Under the pieces are notes generated by a model. That model was not told the DNA's origin. It saw nothing but the letters and a program-made list of their open reading frames with translations, and ran no database searches. Shown one piece after another: positions 48,550 to 60,600 of a DNA stretch of 64,000 bases. The DNA comes from a bacterium (GTDB lineage Bacteria > UBP6 > JAFGXH01). How positions within the stretch are numbered: position 1 is the stretch's first letter; each line of letters starts with the position of its first letter. A program made the translations under genes and the position numbers. The stretch covers positions 5,040-69,039 of the forward strand of contig JAMOQH010000126.1 of the NCBI GenBank assembly GCA_027064085.1, written 5' to 3'.

Positions 48550-49110
48550 TTAATTTATAATTTTTTTCAATGATTTATAGACATTTTCATAGTTTTGGGC
48601 ATCACTATCAGAATCTAATATAACTCTTAAAAAGTCATCATTTAGAAATTTAACATAAAATGATTTAATGTATGGATAAGAATAAGATTTATTAATATAT
48701 GGATAGATGTATTTTTTACTTGGTGTTAGTTGCATGAAAATATATAAAGAAAATGTTATTAATATTATAACTTCAGGAATAATTAAAATTAATTTTACAC
48801 TTTTTTTAACTCGTTTATTTTCTATATATTTTTTGCCAAATTTAGAAATTAATTTTCTTAAAGAAAATAATATTAATAAATTAAATAAAAATCCAATTAT
48901 TATTGTTGTTGTATGAGTATCAGGTTTTATTATATATAGTTTTTGTAAAAATAACCCTATTTTGTTAGAAAACCTTGCACTTGTACTTAATATTATAAAA
49001 ATTTGAACATAATCTAGTAATCTTGTGTGAATTTCTTTTTTATAGCTGTAAATAATCAGGTATATTGTTATAATTAAAAAAAATATATCTATGATAAAAT
49101 AGAATTTCAA
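48550..49110 (-). CDS. CvpA (colicin V production)-like membrane protein
   Basis: Four TM helices, IDIFFLII...YSYKK start and KSYSYPY near the C-terminus. Confidence 0.55.
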   Translation of the reverse strand: MKFYFIIDIFFLIITIYLIIYSYKKEIHTRLLDYVQIFIILSTSARFSNKIGLFLQKLYIIKPDTHTTTIIIGFLFNLLILFSLRKLISKFGKKYIENKRVKKSVKLILIIPEVIILITFSLYIFMQLTPSKKYIYPYINKSYSYPYIKSFYVKFLNDDFLRVILDSDSDAQNYENVYKSLKKIIN

Positions 49111-49250
49111 TTAGCCTCACTCAAGAAAGATACTATACTAACATAAATTAATGTAAAATATCAAAAAAGAAACAGTTTACTGGTTATTTTTTTAATAGTG
49201 AAGATATAGAAGTAAGGCTAGTACTTACATCTATAGCTAAACGATATAAA

Positions 49251-50963
49251 TCAAGACTTTTCAAGGCTTGATTTACCCAATTCTATAAATTTAATTAATC
49301 CTTCTATTGCTATCCAAAGAATAATTACAATTATAATTGAATTAATTACTGTTAAAAAGTATTTTTGTCCATTTAAAAAGTTGATTTCATTATCTATAGC
49401 CGCCCAAACGGTTACTATAGTCATAAAAATTGCAGGAAGCCCCGCTACTAACCATTTTTTACCTCCTTTATCTCTTAAATAAAGAGTGATAATTATTAAA
49501 GCTAGTGCAGATAAAGTTTGATTTACTGCCCCAAATAATGGCCACATAGATAAAGCACCTTTACCATCTGCTCCAGTAATAAATGCTAATAGAGCTGCTG
49601 TAATTACTGCAAATGCTGTTGCAACAAAACGGTTTTTAAATATATTCATTTTTAAGCCAACAAAAAGCTCTGTAACTATATATCTTTGTATTCTAGTTGC
49701 TGAATCAAGAGTAGTTGATGCAAATGAAGCTACAAAAACTCCCATAATTGTCAGAGCAATAAATTGAGGTATTCCTAATGTTGTAATCATATTACTGCTA
49801 CCCATTACAAATGCACCTATTTTTGAACCTAAACCTTTTGCTGCATTCCAAGATTCATAATGATGTTGCCATGCTTCTATGCCATGAAGACCATGAAAGC
49901 CCAAGCCTATTCCACCTGCAACAGCAATTAAAACTAAAATTGCAAGTACTCCTTCCATTAGCATAGATCCATAACCTACAAATAAAGCATCTTTTTCACT
50001 AATCACTTGTTTTGAGCTTGTTCCTGATGAAACCAGTGAATGGAAACCACTGATTGCTCCACATGCTATAGTAATAAATAAAAATGGTAATAAAGGAGGT
50101 GCATCTTTAGGGGCATAATCAAATGCAGGAGCAACAATAGTCATGTCTTTCATGAACACAGCCCCAAAAACACCTAAAATTAGTAAAGTCATTGCTACTA
50201 TTAATTGATAAGCATTAATATAGTCTCTTGGTTGAAGTAAAATTGTAACAGGTAATACAGATGCAATAAATGCATAAATTAATAAAATAATAGTCCAAAT
50301 CCCTGTTGGGGGAATACCAAATATAGATGGCATTTCAAATTTTAAATAATATCCAATAGCAACAGTTGAATACATTGCAATTAAAGCTAAAACAGACCAA
50401 ATAGTAATATTTTTTCCTTTTTTATAAACAAAGAAACCTAGAGTCATAGCTATAGGTATTTGAGCCCAAACAGGAAAAACGGAAGAAGGATAGATTTTAA
50501 AAATAATTGCAATCACTAATCCGAAAATAGCTATAACTATCCATAACTCTAAAAAAACAACAGCAAAAAATAATAATTTCGTTCTATTATTTAAATATTT
50601 TGCAGTATATTCAGAAATACTTTTACCTTCATTTCTCATAGAAATAACAAGAGAGCCTAAATCATGAACAGCTCCCATTACTACAGAGCCTAAAAATATC
50701 CATATAATTGCAGGAAGCCAACCCCATATAACAGCAATTGCAGGCCCTACAATAGGTCCCGTTCCTGCTATAGAGGTATAGTGATGTCCAAATATAATCT
50801 CTTTTTTGGTTGGAACATAATCAACTCCGTCTTCCATAGAAATAGAAGGGGCGATGTTTGATTCAGATAAATTAAATATTTTTTTACTTAAAAATTTACC
50901 ATAAAATCGGTACATGATAACATAGCCTACAAATGGTAAAAGCATTAATAATAAAATATCCAT
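49251..50963 (-). CDS. cstA: Carbon starvation protein A family transporter
   Basis: DGVDYVPT, FGHHYTSIAGTGPIVGP, LLQPRDYIN, TIACGAISGFHSLVSSGTSSKQ. Confidence 0.96.
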   Translation of the reverse strand: MDILLLMLLPFVGYVIMYRFYGKFLSKKIFNLSESNIAPSISMEDGVDYVPTKKEIIFGHHYTSIAGTGPIVGPAIAVIWGWLPAIIWIFLGSVVMGAVHDLGSLVISMRNEGKSISEYTAKYLNNRTKLLFFAVVFLELWIVIAIFGLVIAIIFKIYPSSVFPVWAQIPIAMTLGFFVYKKGKNITIWSVLALIAMYSTVAIGYYLKFEMPSIFGIPPTGIWTIILLIYAFIASVLPVTILLQPRDYINAYQLIVAMTLLILGVFGAVFMKDMTIVAPAFDYAPKDAPPLLPFLFITIACGAISGFHSLVSSGTSSKQVISEKDALFVGYGSMLMEGVLAILVLIAVAGGIGLGFHGLHGIEAWQHHYESWNAAKGLGSKIGAFVMGSSNMITTLGIPQFIALTIMGVFVASFASTTLDSATRIQRYIVTELFVGLKMNIFKNRFVATAFAVITAALLAFITGADGKGALSMWPLFGAVNQTLSALALIIITLYLRDKGGKKWLVAGLPAIFMTIVTVWAAIDNEINFLNGQKYFLTVINSIIIVIILWIAIEGLIKFIELGKSSLEKS

Positions 50964-50972
50964 AGTTTCTCC

Positions 50973-52130
50973 TTATTTAGCTTTTTTTACTTTTTTTACT
51001 TTTTGCCAGTATTTTTTTACTGCTTTTAGGTGGTCTGCATAATTTGTTGTAAATGTATGAGTGCCATCGTTATTTGATACAAAATACAGATATTTTGTTT
51101 TTACAGGTTTTACAGCGGCTTCTATTGACTTATAGTTTGGATTTCCAATAGGTCCAGGTGGAAGCCCTTTATAAATGTAAGTGTTATAAGGATTTGTTGG
51201 GTCTTCAAGCATTTTTTTGGTAATTCCTGCATGATATTTTGTTGATTTTCTACCTGTTACCTGATATATTACCGTCGGGTCTGTTTGAAGAAGCATGTTT
51301 ATTTTTAGTCTATTGTGAAAAACAGATGAGACTTTAAATCTTTCACTATCAGTTGTTGTTTCTTTACCGATAATTGATGCAATTGTCACAAGCTGATGAG
51401 TGCTCCAGCCTAGTTTTTTTCTTTCTTTGTCGTAATTTTTTATTCTAGTTTTCATACTTTTTACTAATCTATCTAAAACTATTTCAGGTTTTGTCCAGTG
51501 TTTAAATTTATATGTTTCTGGATACAAGTATCCTTCTAATGTTGGTTTATAGTTTTCTCTGTCTTTTGGTATAACATAATCTATGTTATACTTCTTTAAC
51601 ATTTTTTTTGATTCACATAATTTAATAAAAGCTTGTGCCTTTGTAACTTCAGCTTTTTCTAAAAGCAGGGCAATTTCTTGATAAGTGAGATTTTCAGGAA
51701 GAGTTACTTGATATTGTGCTTCTTTTCCTTCTATTAATACCTTTAAAACATCATTAGGTAGTAAATCTGTATAAAATTCAAATTCACCGTTTTTAATTTT
51801 TTTATCCATTGCTTTTAGTCTTACAAATATTACAAAAGACTTAACATCAGTAATAACTTTTTTCTTTTTAAGTAATTTTGCAATTTGCTTTACAGATGTT
51901 TTAGGTATAACAATATTTATTTTTGTATGTTTTGCAGATGGTTTTTTATTTATATATTTAAAAAAATCGCTAGAGCTATATTTTTTTATAAAGAGTAACT
52001 TTAGTACATATTTTAAGTTAGCTCCTTTATTTTCGTTTGAAAATTTACTATATTCTAAGCCAATGTAAGTACTAATTCCTCCAGCAATTAATAAAATTGT
52101 AACTAAGATAATAATTATAATCTTTTTCAT
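50973..52130 (-). CDS. mltG: Endolytic transglycosylase MltG
   Basis: N-terminal TM; LEGYLYPETY, SVFHNRL...LQTDPTV, YNTY...GLPPGPIGNP, YLYFVS. Confidence 0.96.
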   Translation of the reverse strand: MKKIIIIILVTILLIAGGISTYIGLEYSKFSNENKGANLKYVLKLLFIKKYSSSDFFKYINKKPSAKHTKINIVIPKTSVKQIAKLLKKKKVITDVKSFVIFVRLKAMDKKIKNGEFEFYTDLLPNDVLKVLIEGKEAQYQVTLPENLTYQEIALLLEKAEVTKAQAFIKLCESKKMLKKYNIDYVIPKDRENYKPTLEGYLYPETYKFKHWTKPEIVLDRLVKSMKTRIKNYDKERKKLGWSTHQLVTIASIIGKETTTDSERFKVSSVFHNRLKINMLLQTDPTVIYQVTGRKSTKYHAGITKKMLEDPTNPYNTYIYKGLPPGPIGNPNYKSIEAAVKPVKTKYLYFVSNNDGTHTFTTNYADHLKAVKKYWQKVKKVKKAK

Positions 52131-52546
52131 TTATTCCTCTTTAAATAATCTAAATAATTTTGTAAAAATATTGTTGCAGCTATTCTATCTACATTTTCTT
52201 TTCTTGTCCTTTTAGAAACCTTTCCTATAGTTAGTATTTTTTCTGCAGAAACAGAAGAAAGTCTTTCATCCCAGTAAACAATTTCTATATTAAATTTTTC
52301 TTCTAATAATGAACCAAATTCTCTTACATATTTTGCAAAATGTTCTTCTCTACCTGTTAAAGTTAAAGGAAGTCCAAGTAGTATTTTGCCTATTTGATTT
52401 TCTTTTATTAAGTTTTTTATTATATCAAAATCATTTTCATTATTAGTTCTATGTATGGTTGTTAAGGGAGTGGCTACAGAAATAATAGTATTTGCTTTTG
52501 CAACACCAATTCGTTTAGTTCCTATGTCGAGTGCTAAAATTCTCAA
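52127..52546 (-). CDS. ruvX: YqgF/RuvX nuclease
   Basis: LALDIGTKRIGVA, LGLP, WDERLSS, VDRIAATIFLQNYLD. Confidence 0.96.
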   Translation of the reverse strand: MRILALDIGTKRIGVAKANTIISVATPLTTIHRTNNENDFDIIKNLIKENQIGKILLGLPLTLTGREEHFAKYVREFGSLLEEKFNIEIVYWDERLSSVSAEKILTIGKVSKRTRKENVDRIAATIFLQNYLDYLKRNK

Positions 52547-53253
52547 AATATAAATATTACTCCTAATTTAAATCTTAAAAACATATTAAAATCACCATTA
52601 TTTATTTCTTTACCAATTTGAAAATCTTGAGATTCTTCAAAAGCAAAATTATTTGATATAAAGAATTTAAAACCAACTCCCATTGCCAGAGTTGATGGTA
52701 TATAGATAGCATCACTTGTGAAATAAGGATTTAATACTAGTCCTAATTTAATAAATGGTTTCATAAAACGAGTTAATCTAGGTAAATTATATTTTGCACC
52801 ACCTTCAAGATGTAATAAAAAATATTTATCAATTGCGCCTGCTCCAATATTGGCATAAATTGCTAGAGTATTGTAAATCAACCCCGTATTGTATTCAAAA
52901 TCAGAGCTTATAGTAAAAAAGCTGTCTGTTATACCTGAGAATACCGAATTAAAGTTAATTGTTGGAATGATAAAAACTCTACCCATATCTTCGGCTTTGG
53001 GCATGATGAAGTCTTCTTTTTTAACGGGTTCTAACTCATTTTCATTAGGTGAATCATTGTTTTCTTTGGTAGAGGGTTGTTGAGCTTCTTTTTTTTCTTC
53101 TTTAGTTGTAACAACAATATTCTTTTTCTTGTTAGTAGTAGCTTCTTTATTATTTTTTTTGACAGTAGGGACGCTTTTTACTGTATTATCTTCTATCTTT
53201 AAACCAAATATTGTTGTTGAAATTGTGATTATCAAAATAATTAAGTATTTCAT
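52543..53253 (-). CDS. Putative outer-membrane beta-barrel protein with charged N-terminal linker
   Basis: Signal peptide, KPFIKLG, MGVGFKFFIS, C-terminal LGVIFIF. Confidence 0.65.
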   Translation of the reverse strand: MKYLIILIITISTTIFGLKIEDNTVKSVPTVKKNNKEATTNKKKNIVVTTKEEKKEAQQPSTKENNDSPNENELEPVKKEDFIMPKAEDMGRVFIIPTINFNSVFSGITDSFFTISSDFEYNTGLIYNTLAIYANIGAGAIDKYFLLHLEGGAKYNLPRLTRFMKPFIKLGLVLNPYFTSDAIYIPSTLAMGVGFKFFISNNFAFEESQDFQIGKEINNGDFNMFLRFKLGVIFIF

Positions 53254-53266
53254 ATATCCCTCAAAA

Positions 53267-54268
53267 TTACTGTTGACTTATTTTATAACCTTTTTTTCTT
53301 AAAAGTTCAATTATTCCCTCTTTTCCTATTAAATGTCCGCCTCCAACTACCACAAAATAGCTATTTTTATCTGTTTTTAACATTTTATCCAGTTTTTTAG
53401 CCATATTTATGTTTCTATCAATTAAAAGTTTTTTGTAGTAAATTTTTAATTCAGGATACTTATTGGCATATTTATAGGAAAGGTTTGTAAGAGTTTTGGT
53501 TTTTCCTATTTTCCATTCATTAAACATTTTATCAAGAAGTCCTTGATATTTGTCCCAATCTTTGAGCATTAATTTAATATTTAATATATTTAATTCTTTA
53601 CTAAAACCTGCTAATAAGTCTAATTGGAATTCTCCTGTTTCAAGTTCAAGAATATTTTTATTATCTTTTTTAGCCAATGTTAAAAAGTGTAAGTCAATAC
53701 CTGATTGCGGGTCATAACCTAGTTTTTTCATTTGAAATATTGTTAAACTTAAACTTGCAAGCCAAGGCTTCATTTTATTTATGGCAAGCATAGGCAAACC
53801 TATTTCTGTTGCTCTTTTAGAAAATTCAGCATATAAACTAGATGGTAATACATCTTTTAGTGTTTTATTTTTAAACATTCCTACTTGCATTGTTTTCATT
53901 TGTAAGGATATTTGATCTTTTTGAACATCTACTTCAACAACTAAATTTTTACTATTTTTATATGCATTTGTGATTTTAGAATTTAATGGGTAAAGAGATG
54001 GCTTTGCAACATGTATAGAACCTAATAAGTACATGTTAGATTTACCATTTTCAACTTTCCACATAAAGGTTTTAGTATTTTGCTTTTCTGCTTTCTGCTT
54101 AGAGGCAATCTTTAAATCAACTTTTATATCTTTATTATTATTATTTGTAGTTTTAGTAACTGTAGTTTTTTGTATTTCTTTCTTTGTGTTTAAGTCTTGA
54201 GCAAGGCTTTTTTTGTTACAAGATATAGCTATAAAGGTCAATAATATTAATAGTAGTAATTTTTTCAT
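53267..54268 (-). CDS. TraB/GumN family lipoprotein
   Basis: Lipobox AISC; MWKV...YLLGSIH, GID, LET, RNINM, FVVVGGGHLIG; start ATG 54268 after GGAG. Confidence 0.92.
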   Translation of the reverse strand: MKKLLLLILLTFIAISCNKKSLAQDLNTKKEIQKTTVTKTTNNNNKDIKVDLKIASKQKAEKQNTKTFMWKVENGKSNMYLLGSIHVAKPSLYPLNSKITNAYKNSKNLVVEVDVQKDQISLQMKTMQVGMFKNKTLKDVLPSSLYAEFSKRATEIGLPMLAINKMKPWLASLSLTIFQMKKLGYDPQSGIDLHFLTLAKKDNKNILELETGEFQLDLLAGFSKELNILNIKLMLKDWDKYQGLLDKMFNEWKIGKTKTLTNLSYKYANKYPELKIYYKKLLIDRNINMAKKLDKMLKTDKNSYFVVVGGGHLIGKEGIIELLRKKGYKISQQ

Positions 54269-54586
54269 GTTATCTCCAAATAATTTAACCACTTTTAACA
54301 TATAATAGATAAAAATGCAAAATTAATAAGAGTCTGCTTTTAAAAGATGTAGCACTTTTACTTGATTTATTATCCTACCCTTATAATTTCCAAAATCTTA
54401 TTGTTTTATGCAATATTACTTAAATTTTAATATTTCCCCTTATTTTTCCTTGGAAAATGCCATAAGAATAAGGCTACAATCTAAGTTTTTCTTAATTTAT
54501 ATCTGTAGTTGCACATTAGTTATATTGCTAATTTTAATTATGAAACAGTAAAATAGCAAATATTGTCAATCAATAGCCCCTAAATC

Positions 54587-54615
54587 TTGACTTTAATAAC
54601 AAATCACAATATACT
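54587..54615 (+). promoter_or_regulatory. sigma70 promoter of the giant surface protein gene
   Basis: TTGACT-N17-TATACT. Confidence 0.7.
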
Positions 54616-54639
54616 TTTATTATCTTTTTAGGTGTTGTT

Positions 54640-57600
54640 ATGTTGAAATTATTAAATAAATTATATTTTTTTATACTATTACTAACTTTATTTTCTGTCA
54701 ATATTTTTGCTATAGTTGAAGGGACTTATCCCGATAGTACAAATTTGAAAAAATATTCAGTATTTGGTTCTGTTGTAACAACAGGAAATACCATGATGGC
54801 TACAACTCCTCCAGGTAATGTAAATGACATATTACTTTCAGAAAGTAGTGGAGATTTAAAAAATATGCCTTTTGATGCTGAAATTGTATCTGCACATATT
54901 TTTTGGTCTGGATCTCTTGGGCCAAGTTTGTTTGTACCAGATGACAATATAACACTTTTAACTAAAGATAATGATATTCATAATATTCAAGCTGATAGTT
55001 GTAAAGTTGTTACAAATATGGAAGGCTTTTATTATTGTTCTGCAGATATAACTACAACTATTGTTAATCAAAATATTGTAAATTACAATGGTCGTTATAC
55101 TGTTAGTAATTTAAAGGGAGATGTTGGAGATTGCGAAACGAATCCATATATTTGCCAAGCAAAATATGCTGCATGGAGTATGGTTGTTGTTTATAAGTCT
55201 AAGAGTGCAAAGGTAAAAAGGGAAATCTTACTTTATGATAGTTTTTTACATTTAGATGAAAGAGAAGATAGTATAGGTATAACTCATTTTGATATTACAA
55301 ATTTAACAGTAAATAGCCCTGCAAGAGGAGAATTTACTTATTTTGGCCTCGAAGGAGACAGGTTTTTAGGTGTTCCTCCTCAAGATGCTCCTGAAAATCA
55401 ATATCCATGTGACACTTGTTATGATTTTATATCATTAAACAATGTAAAATTATACGATGATTTAAATCCTCCTAACAATATATGGAACTCATCTATTGCA
55501 ACTGCTGTAGATATAGATACTTTTAAAATTGGAAATCAAGGTTTAAATATTTTAAGAAGTGGAACCAATAAGACTATACATGTGAAACTTGGAAGTGGTG
55601 ATGGAATTATTCCGAATGAACACCCTGAAGCAGGTGGAGGAGAATCTGTATTTTTAGGTTATGTGTTGCTTGCTCTTGATACAATTTCGCCTAATTTTAG
55701 AACAACTAATACAAATTTGATTGTTGATAGAACGGTTGCGTCTCAAGGAGATGAATTAACTTATATTTTAACAGTTACTAATGATGGTTCTAAAATTGCT
55801 CATAATGTAATTGTTTCTAATCTTATTCCTCCTGAAACAACTTATGTGGATAATTCAACTTATATAGATGGAGTACTTGCAAGTAACGATATTGCTACTC
55901 CAATGGGATTAAATATTGGCACTATAGATTTTAGAGGCACAAATAATAAAAAAATTATTACTTTTAGAGTAAAAATAAAGTCTACTGCTATTGATGGAAC
56001 TTATGTTTATAATAAAGCAAAAATTATAAGTGATGAAACAATCAATGACCCAAGTTTAACAAATCAAGTTAAAACATTAATAAATGCTCCAGTATTACAA
56101 ACTCCAATATTAACAGTTAGAGACGAAAATGGAGGAAGTTATTTACCTGGAGAATGGGTAGAGTATAGTGTTAAAATTTTAAATAATAGCAATAATCCTA
56201 TATCAAATTTAGTTTATGAAAATACTTTAGGTCTTGATTTTACTCAAATAATGCTTAGCTCTATTCCTTTTAATGCAAGCGATAACTCAAATTTAGCAAA
56301 CAAAAAAATAAGTATTTCATCAATTCAAGTTCCTGCAAGAAGTGCTATTTTTATTAAATATAGAGCTAAAATTAAAACAATACAAGAATATATTGATTCT
56401 GGTACGCCAGAAGATCAAATAAACAATAAAAGTATCTCTAATCAAGGAGAACTATCTATTTCAACAAGGCCAGAACTTATACTTACAGATAATGACAATG
56501 GTGGAAATGAGCATGATCCAACGGTATTTACTATAAAAAAAGAAGTAAATGCGAATTTTTCTGATTCAACTATGACAGTTGAAAATACTAATGGAAGTAG
56601 TGAATTTCATCCTGGAGATAGAGTTAAATATACTATAAAAGTTAAAAATTCAGCAACAGCAACAGTTAATGCTATAAATGTATTAAATGACATAGATGAA
56701 AATTATTTTGAGGAAATTACCGTTAATAATGGTTTTTATGATGGGGATAAATTAACATGGCTCATAGCTTCCTTAGCTCCAAGTGCAGAAACAACATTAA
56801 TTTTTACTGCAAAAATTAAAAAGCCACAAGCTAATGGACTTGTTATTCAAAATCAAGCAAGTATTTTTGTTGCAGGACGCTCAGATTTAACAGATGATCC
56901 AACAACTACCATTTTAGATGATCCAACTAAGTTTACAATTACAGCAAGTTCATCAAATTTTATATTTTCAACTAAAGAAGTAATAGATGAAAATGGAGGA
57001 ACTTATTTTCAACAAGGAGATTATGTTACTTATGTTATAAAAATTAAGAATACAGGCGAAGCCGTAGGGGGAAATTTAACCGTAGAAGATTCAATTAATA
57101 GTAATCTTGTCGATATAGAGGTATTTAATAATGGAGTTTATAATAATAATAAAATAACTTGGAATTATATCAATACCCCAGAATTAGTAAATGTATCAGG
57201 CGAAGTTACTCTTAAATTTAGAGCAAAAATCAAAAGTACAGTAGCAAATGGTACTGTAATATCAAATCAAGCTTTTATTAGTTCTACAGACAGTCCTAGA
57301 ACATATTTAACAGACGATCCAACAACTTCTAGTGTAAGTGATAGTACAAATTTTACTGTTAACTCAGCTGCAGAATTAACAGAATCATATAAAACCTACG
57401 AAGATTTAAATGGTGGTGATATAGAGCCAGGCGATGAGATAAAATATACTATTCAGTTAAGAAATACAGGTAACTTAGAAGTTACAAATATCTCTGTTAT
57501 TGATAATGTAGATACAAATAATCTTGAAAATATTATAGTGGAAGATAATGGAATTTATAGTAATGGCAACATAAATTGGGCAGGTATTACTAGTCTTGCT

Positions 57601-60600
57601 CCACATACAAATTTAGAACTACATTTTACGGCTAAAATAAAAGAAAACACTACTCATAATACAAAGATATCAAATCAAGCTATAATTATGAGTACAGAAA
57701 TACCATTTGCATTCACTGATGATCCAAATACAGCAGAAAAAGACGATGCAACTAGCTTTTTAGTTATGGCAATTCCTGATTTGTCTTTTACTAAAACAGT
57801 TGTAAATACAAATGGAACTACAGAATTTAAAATAGGTGATAGAGTAAAATATACCATTAATATAGTAAATAATTCTTCTTCTGAAACTGGAAATATAACA
57901 ATTACAGATTTAATACCTCGTGATTTAGAAAATGTAACTCTTTCAAGTGGAGGAATACTAAATGGTAATCAAGCATATTTTTATTTACAACCTATAACTT
58001 CTCCTATAGCTTTAACTATAGAAGGTGATATTAAAGCTAGTGGTGAAATATGTAATCAAGCAAGCCTTGAAGATGTGAATTTTAATTATACTATTAACTC
58101 TGACGATCCTAATACCTTAAGTGAAAATGACAGTACTTGTTTTAATGTTATACAAGTTATAAAAGTTGAAAATTTCAAAAAAACATTTACAGATATCAAT
58201 GGTGGTAATATAGAACCTAATGATATTATTGAATATGAATTAAGTTTTGACAATAATAGTGATGTAAGTTTGAACAATTTGGTTATTACAGATAATATTG
58301 ACACTAATTTAACAGATATAAACTTAATAGATGGTGGATATTTTAACGGAAATATTATTACATTTAATTCTTTAAATACTCCTAAATTAGCAAATATTGC
58401 TCCAAACACTAGTGTTATTATTAAATTTAGGGCAAAAATTAAAACTCCACTTGCAAATAATACTGTTATTTCAAATCAAGCAGAATTAAACATTGAAGAT
58501 ATTAACTTAGTTTCTGATAATCCTAATACTCCTATTGAAAATGATGCTACAGAGTTTAATATTGTTTCTTCTCCTAAAATAAAATTTACTAAAGTTGTTA
58601 AAAATGTAAATAACTCAACAGAATATAAACCAAATGATAATGTCATGTATACTATAACTGCTTTAAATACAGGTACAGAAATAGCAAATAACATACTAAT
58701 AAAAGATATATTAAGTAATGATTTAACTAATTTATCAGCATCTCAAGGTAGTTTCAATAATAACGAATTTACATTAAATTTACCTCAATTAAATGTAAAT
58801 CAACCTATAACTATAACAATTAATGCAAAAATCAAAGATAGCGTTAGTAATAATACAGTAATTTCAAATCAAGCTTCTTTAGATAGTGATAATACTAATC
58901 AAATACTTTCTGACGATTCTGATACCCCTATTGCTAATGACCAAACTAAATTTACTGTAACTAGAGAAACTTTGCCTACAAATTTAAAAGCTTATAAAAC
59001 TAGTGATAAAAAAATATATTTTAATAATGATATAGTAACTTATACCATAGAGCTTAAAAATGAAGGGCAAACTACCGTAAATAATATTATTTTAACTGAT
59101 GAATTAAATAGTAACTTAGAATTTATTTCTGCAACAAATAATGCAGTATTTACTAATGGAGTAATAAAATGGGATTACAATACTAGCCCTGATTTGCTGT
59201 CTATTATGCCTAATAACTCGGTAAATATTACTATAAAAGCAAAAGTAAAAAATACTGTTAGTGATTCTACTATTATAGAAAATCAAGCAAGCTTTACATT
59301 TAACAATGAGCCTGAAATTCACCTTACTGACGACCCTAGTACTCCACAATTCGATACAACTAAAATTACTGTTGCTAGTTATGATGTTTCTGATTCAACA
59401 AAAGAGGTTTTTGATTCTAATAATGATGGTGCATTTGTTCCAAATGAGGAGTTAACATATAAAATTACTATTAAAAATAGCTCCAGTATTACAACAATTA
59501 GAGATATAAATGTAGTTGACTATTTTCCATTTTCAAAACTAGATTTATTGGATACTACCGGTTTAATTATCAATGAAACAAGTAAAACTATTACTTTTAC
59601 TCCAGAAAATTTTCCTGAATTACTAGAATTAGCTCCTAATACTAGTGTAGAACTTATATTAAGGGCAAAAATTAAAGATTTAGCCACAAATGGAACTACA
59701 ATAAGTAATCAAGCATTTATTTCATTTAATGGAGAAAATCAAAATATTCCAACAGATGATCCTAAAACTACTGATATAGATGATGCAACTAATTTTAAAC
59801 TTTCTGCAAAAGCAGATTTATCAGATTTTACTAAAACAGTAGCATCAGATAATGGATATTTTCCTAATGAAGAAATCAGATATACCATTAAAGTTAAAAA
59901 TAAAGGAACCGCAAAAGCTAAAAACTTAATAATTACCGATTCTATAGATGATAATCTTGAAATTATAGATGCTCAAGAAGGTGAAATAACAGCTAATAAA
60001 ATATTGTTTCACTATAATAACATTGATACATTAAAAGAGTTAAAGTCAAATGAAGAAGTGTCATTTGTTATCAAAGCAAAGATAAAAGATGGAGTAAATA
60101 ACAATAAAATAATATCTAATCAAGCTATACTTAATTCTGAATCAATTCCTAATTCAGAGCTTAGCGATGACCCAACTACTACCCAAGAAAATGATGCTAC
60201 TATATTTAAAGTAATTAATTCCTCTAAATTATATGCAGAAAAGATAGCAATAGATTTAAATGCGGGTAAAATAGAAATTGGCGATATAATAAGATATCAA
60301 ATAAAAGTATATAATAAAGGTTACAAAACATCTTTTGATACCAAATTATACGATGAAATTCCTTCTTATACTCAATATATAGAAAATTCAACAAAATTAA
60401 ATGATGAAACTGTAGCTGACAATAACGGTGTTGCCCCTTTTATAGATGGAATGGATTTAGGAGATATAGATATTTATGATAATACAGATAATACCGTTAA
60501 AATAATTACTTTTGAAGTTAAAATACTTGATACTGCCCCTGATGGAGCTAAAATAGAAAATCAAGCAAGTATAGAAAATGCAGATGGAGAGAAAGCTGTT

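Noticed and set aside
54302-54586. Riboswitch or IS remnant upstream of the giant adhesin
   Set aside because: Only a weak hairpin (about 54438-54473) and an 11-nt match to about 48484-48494; no recognisable riboswitch or transposase signature
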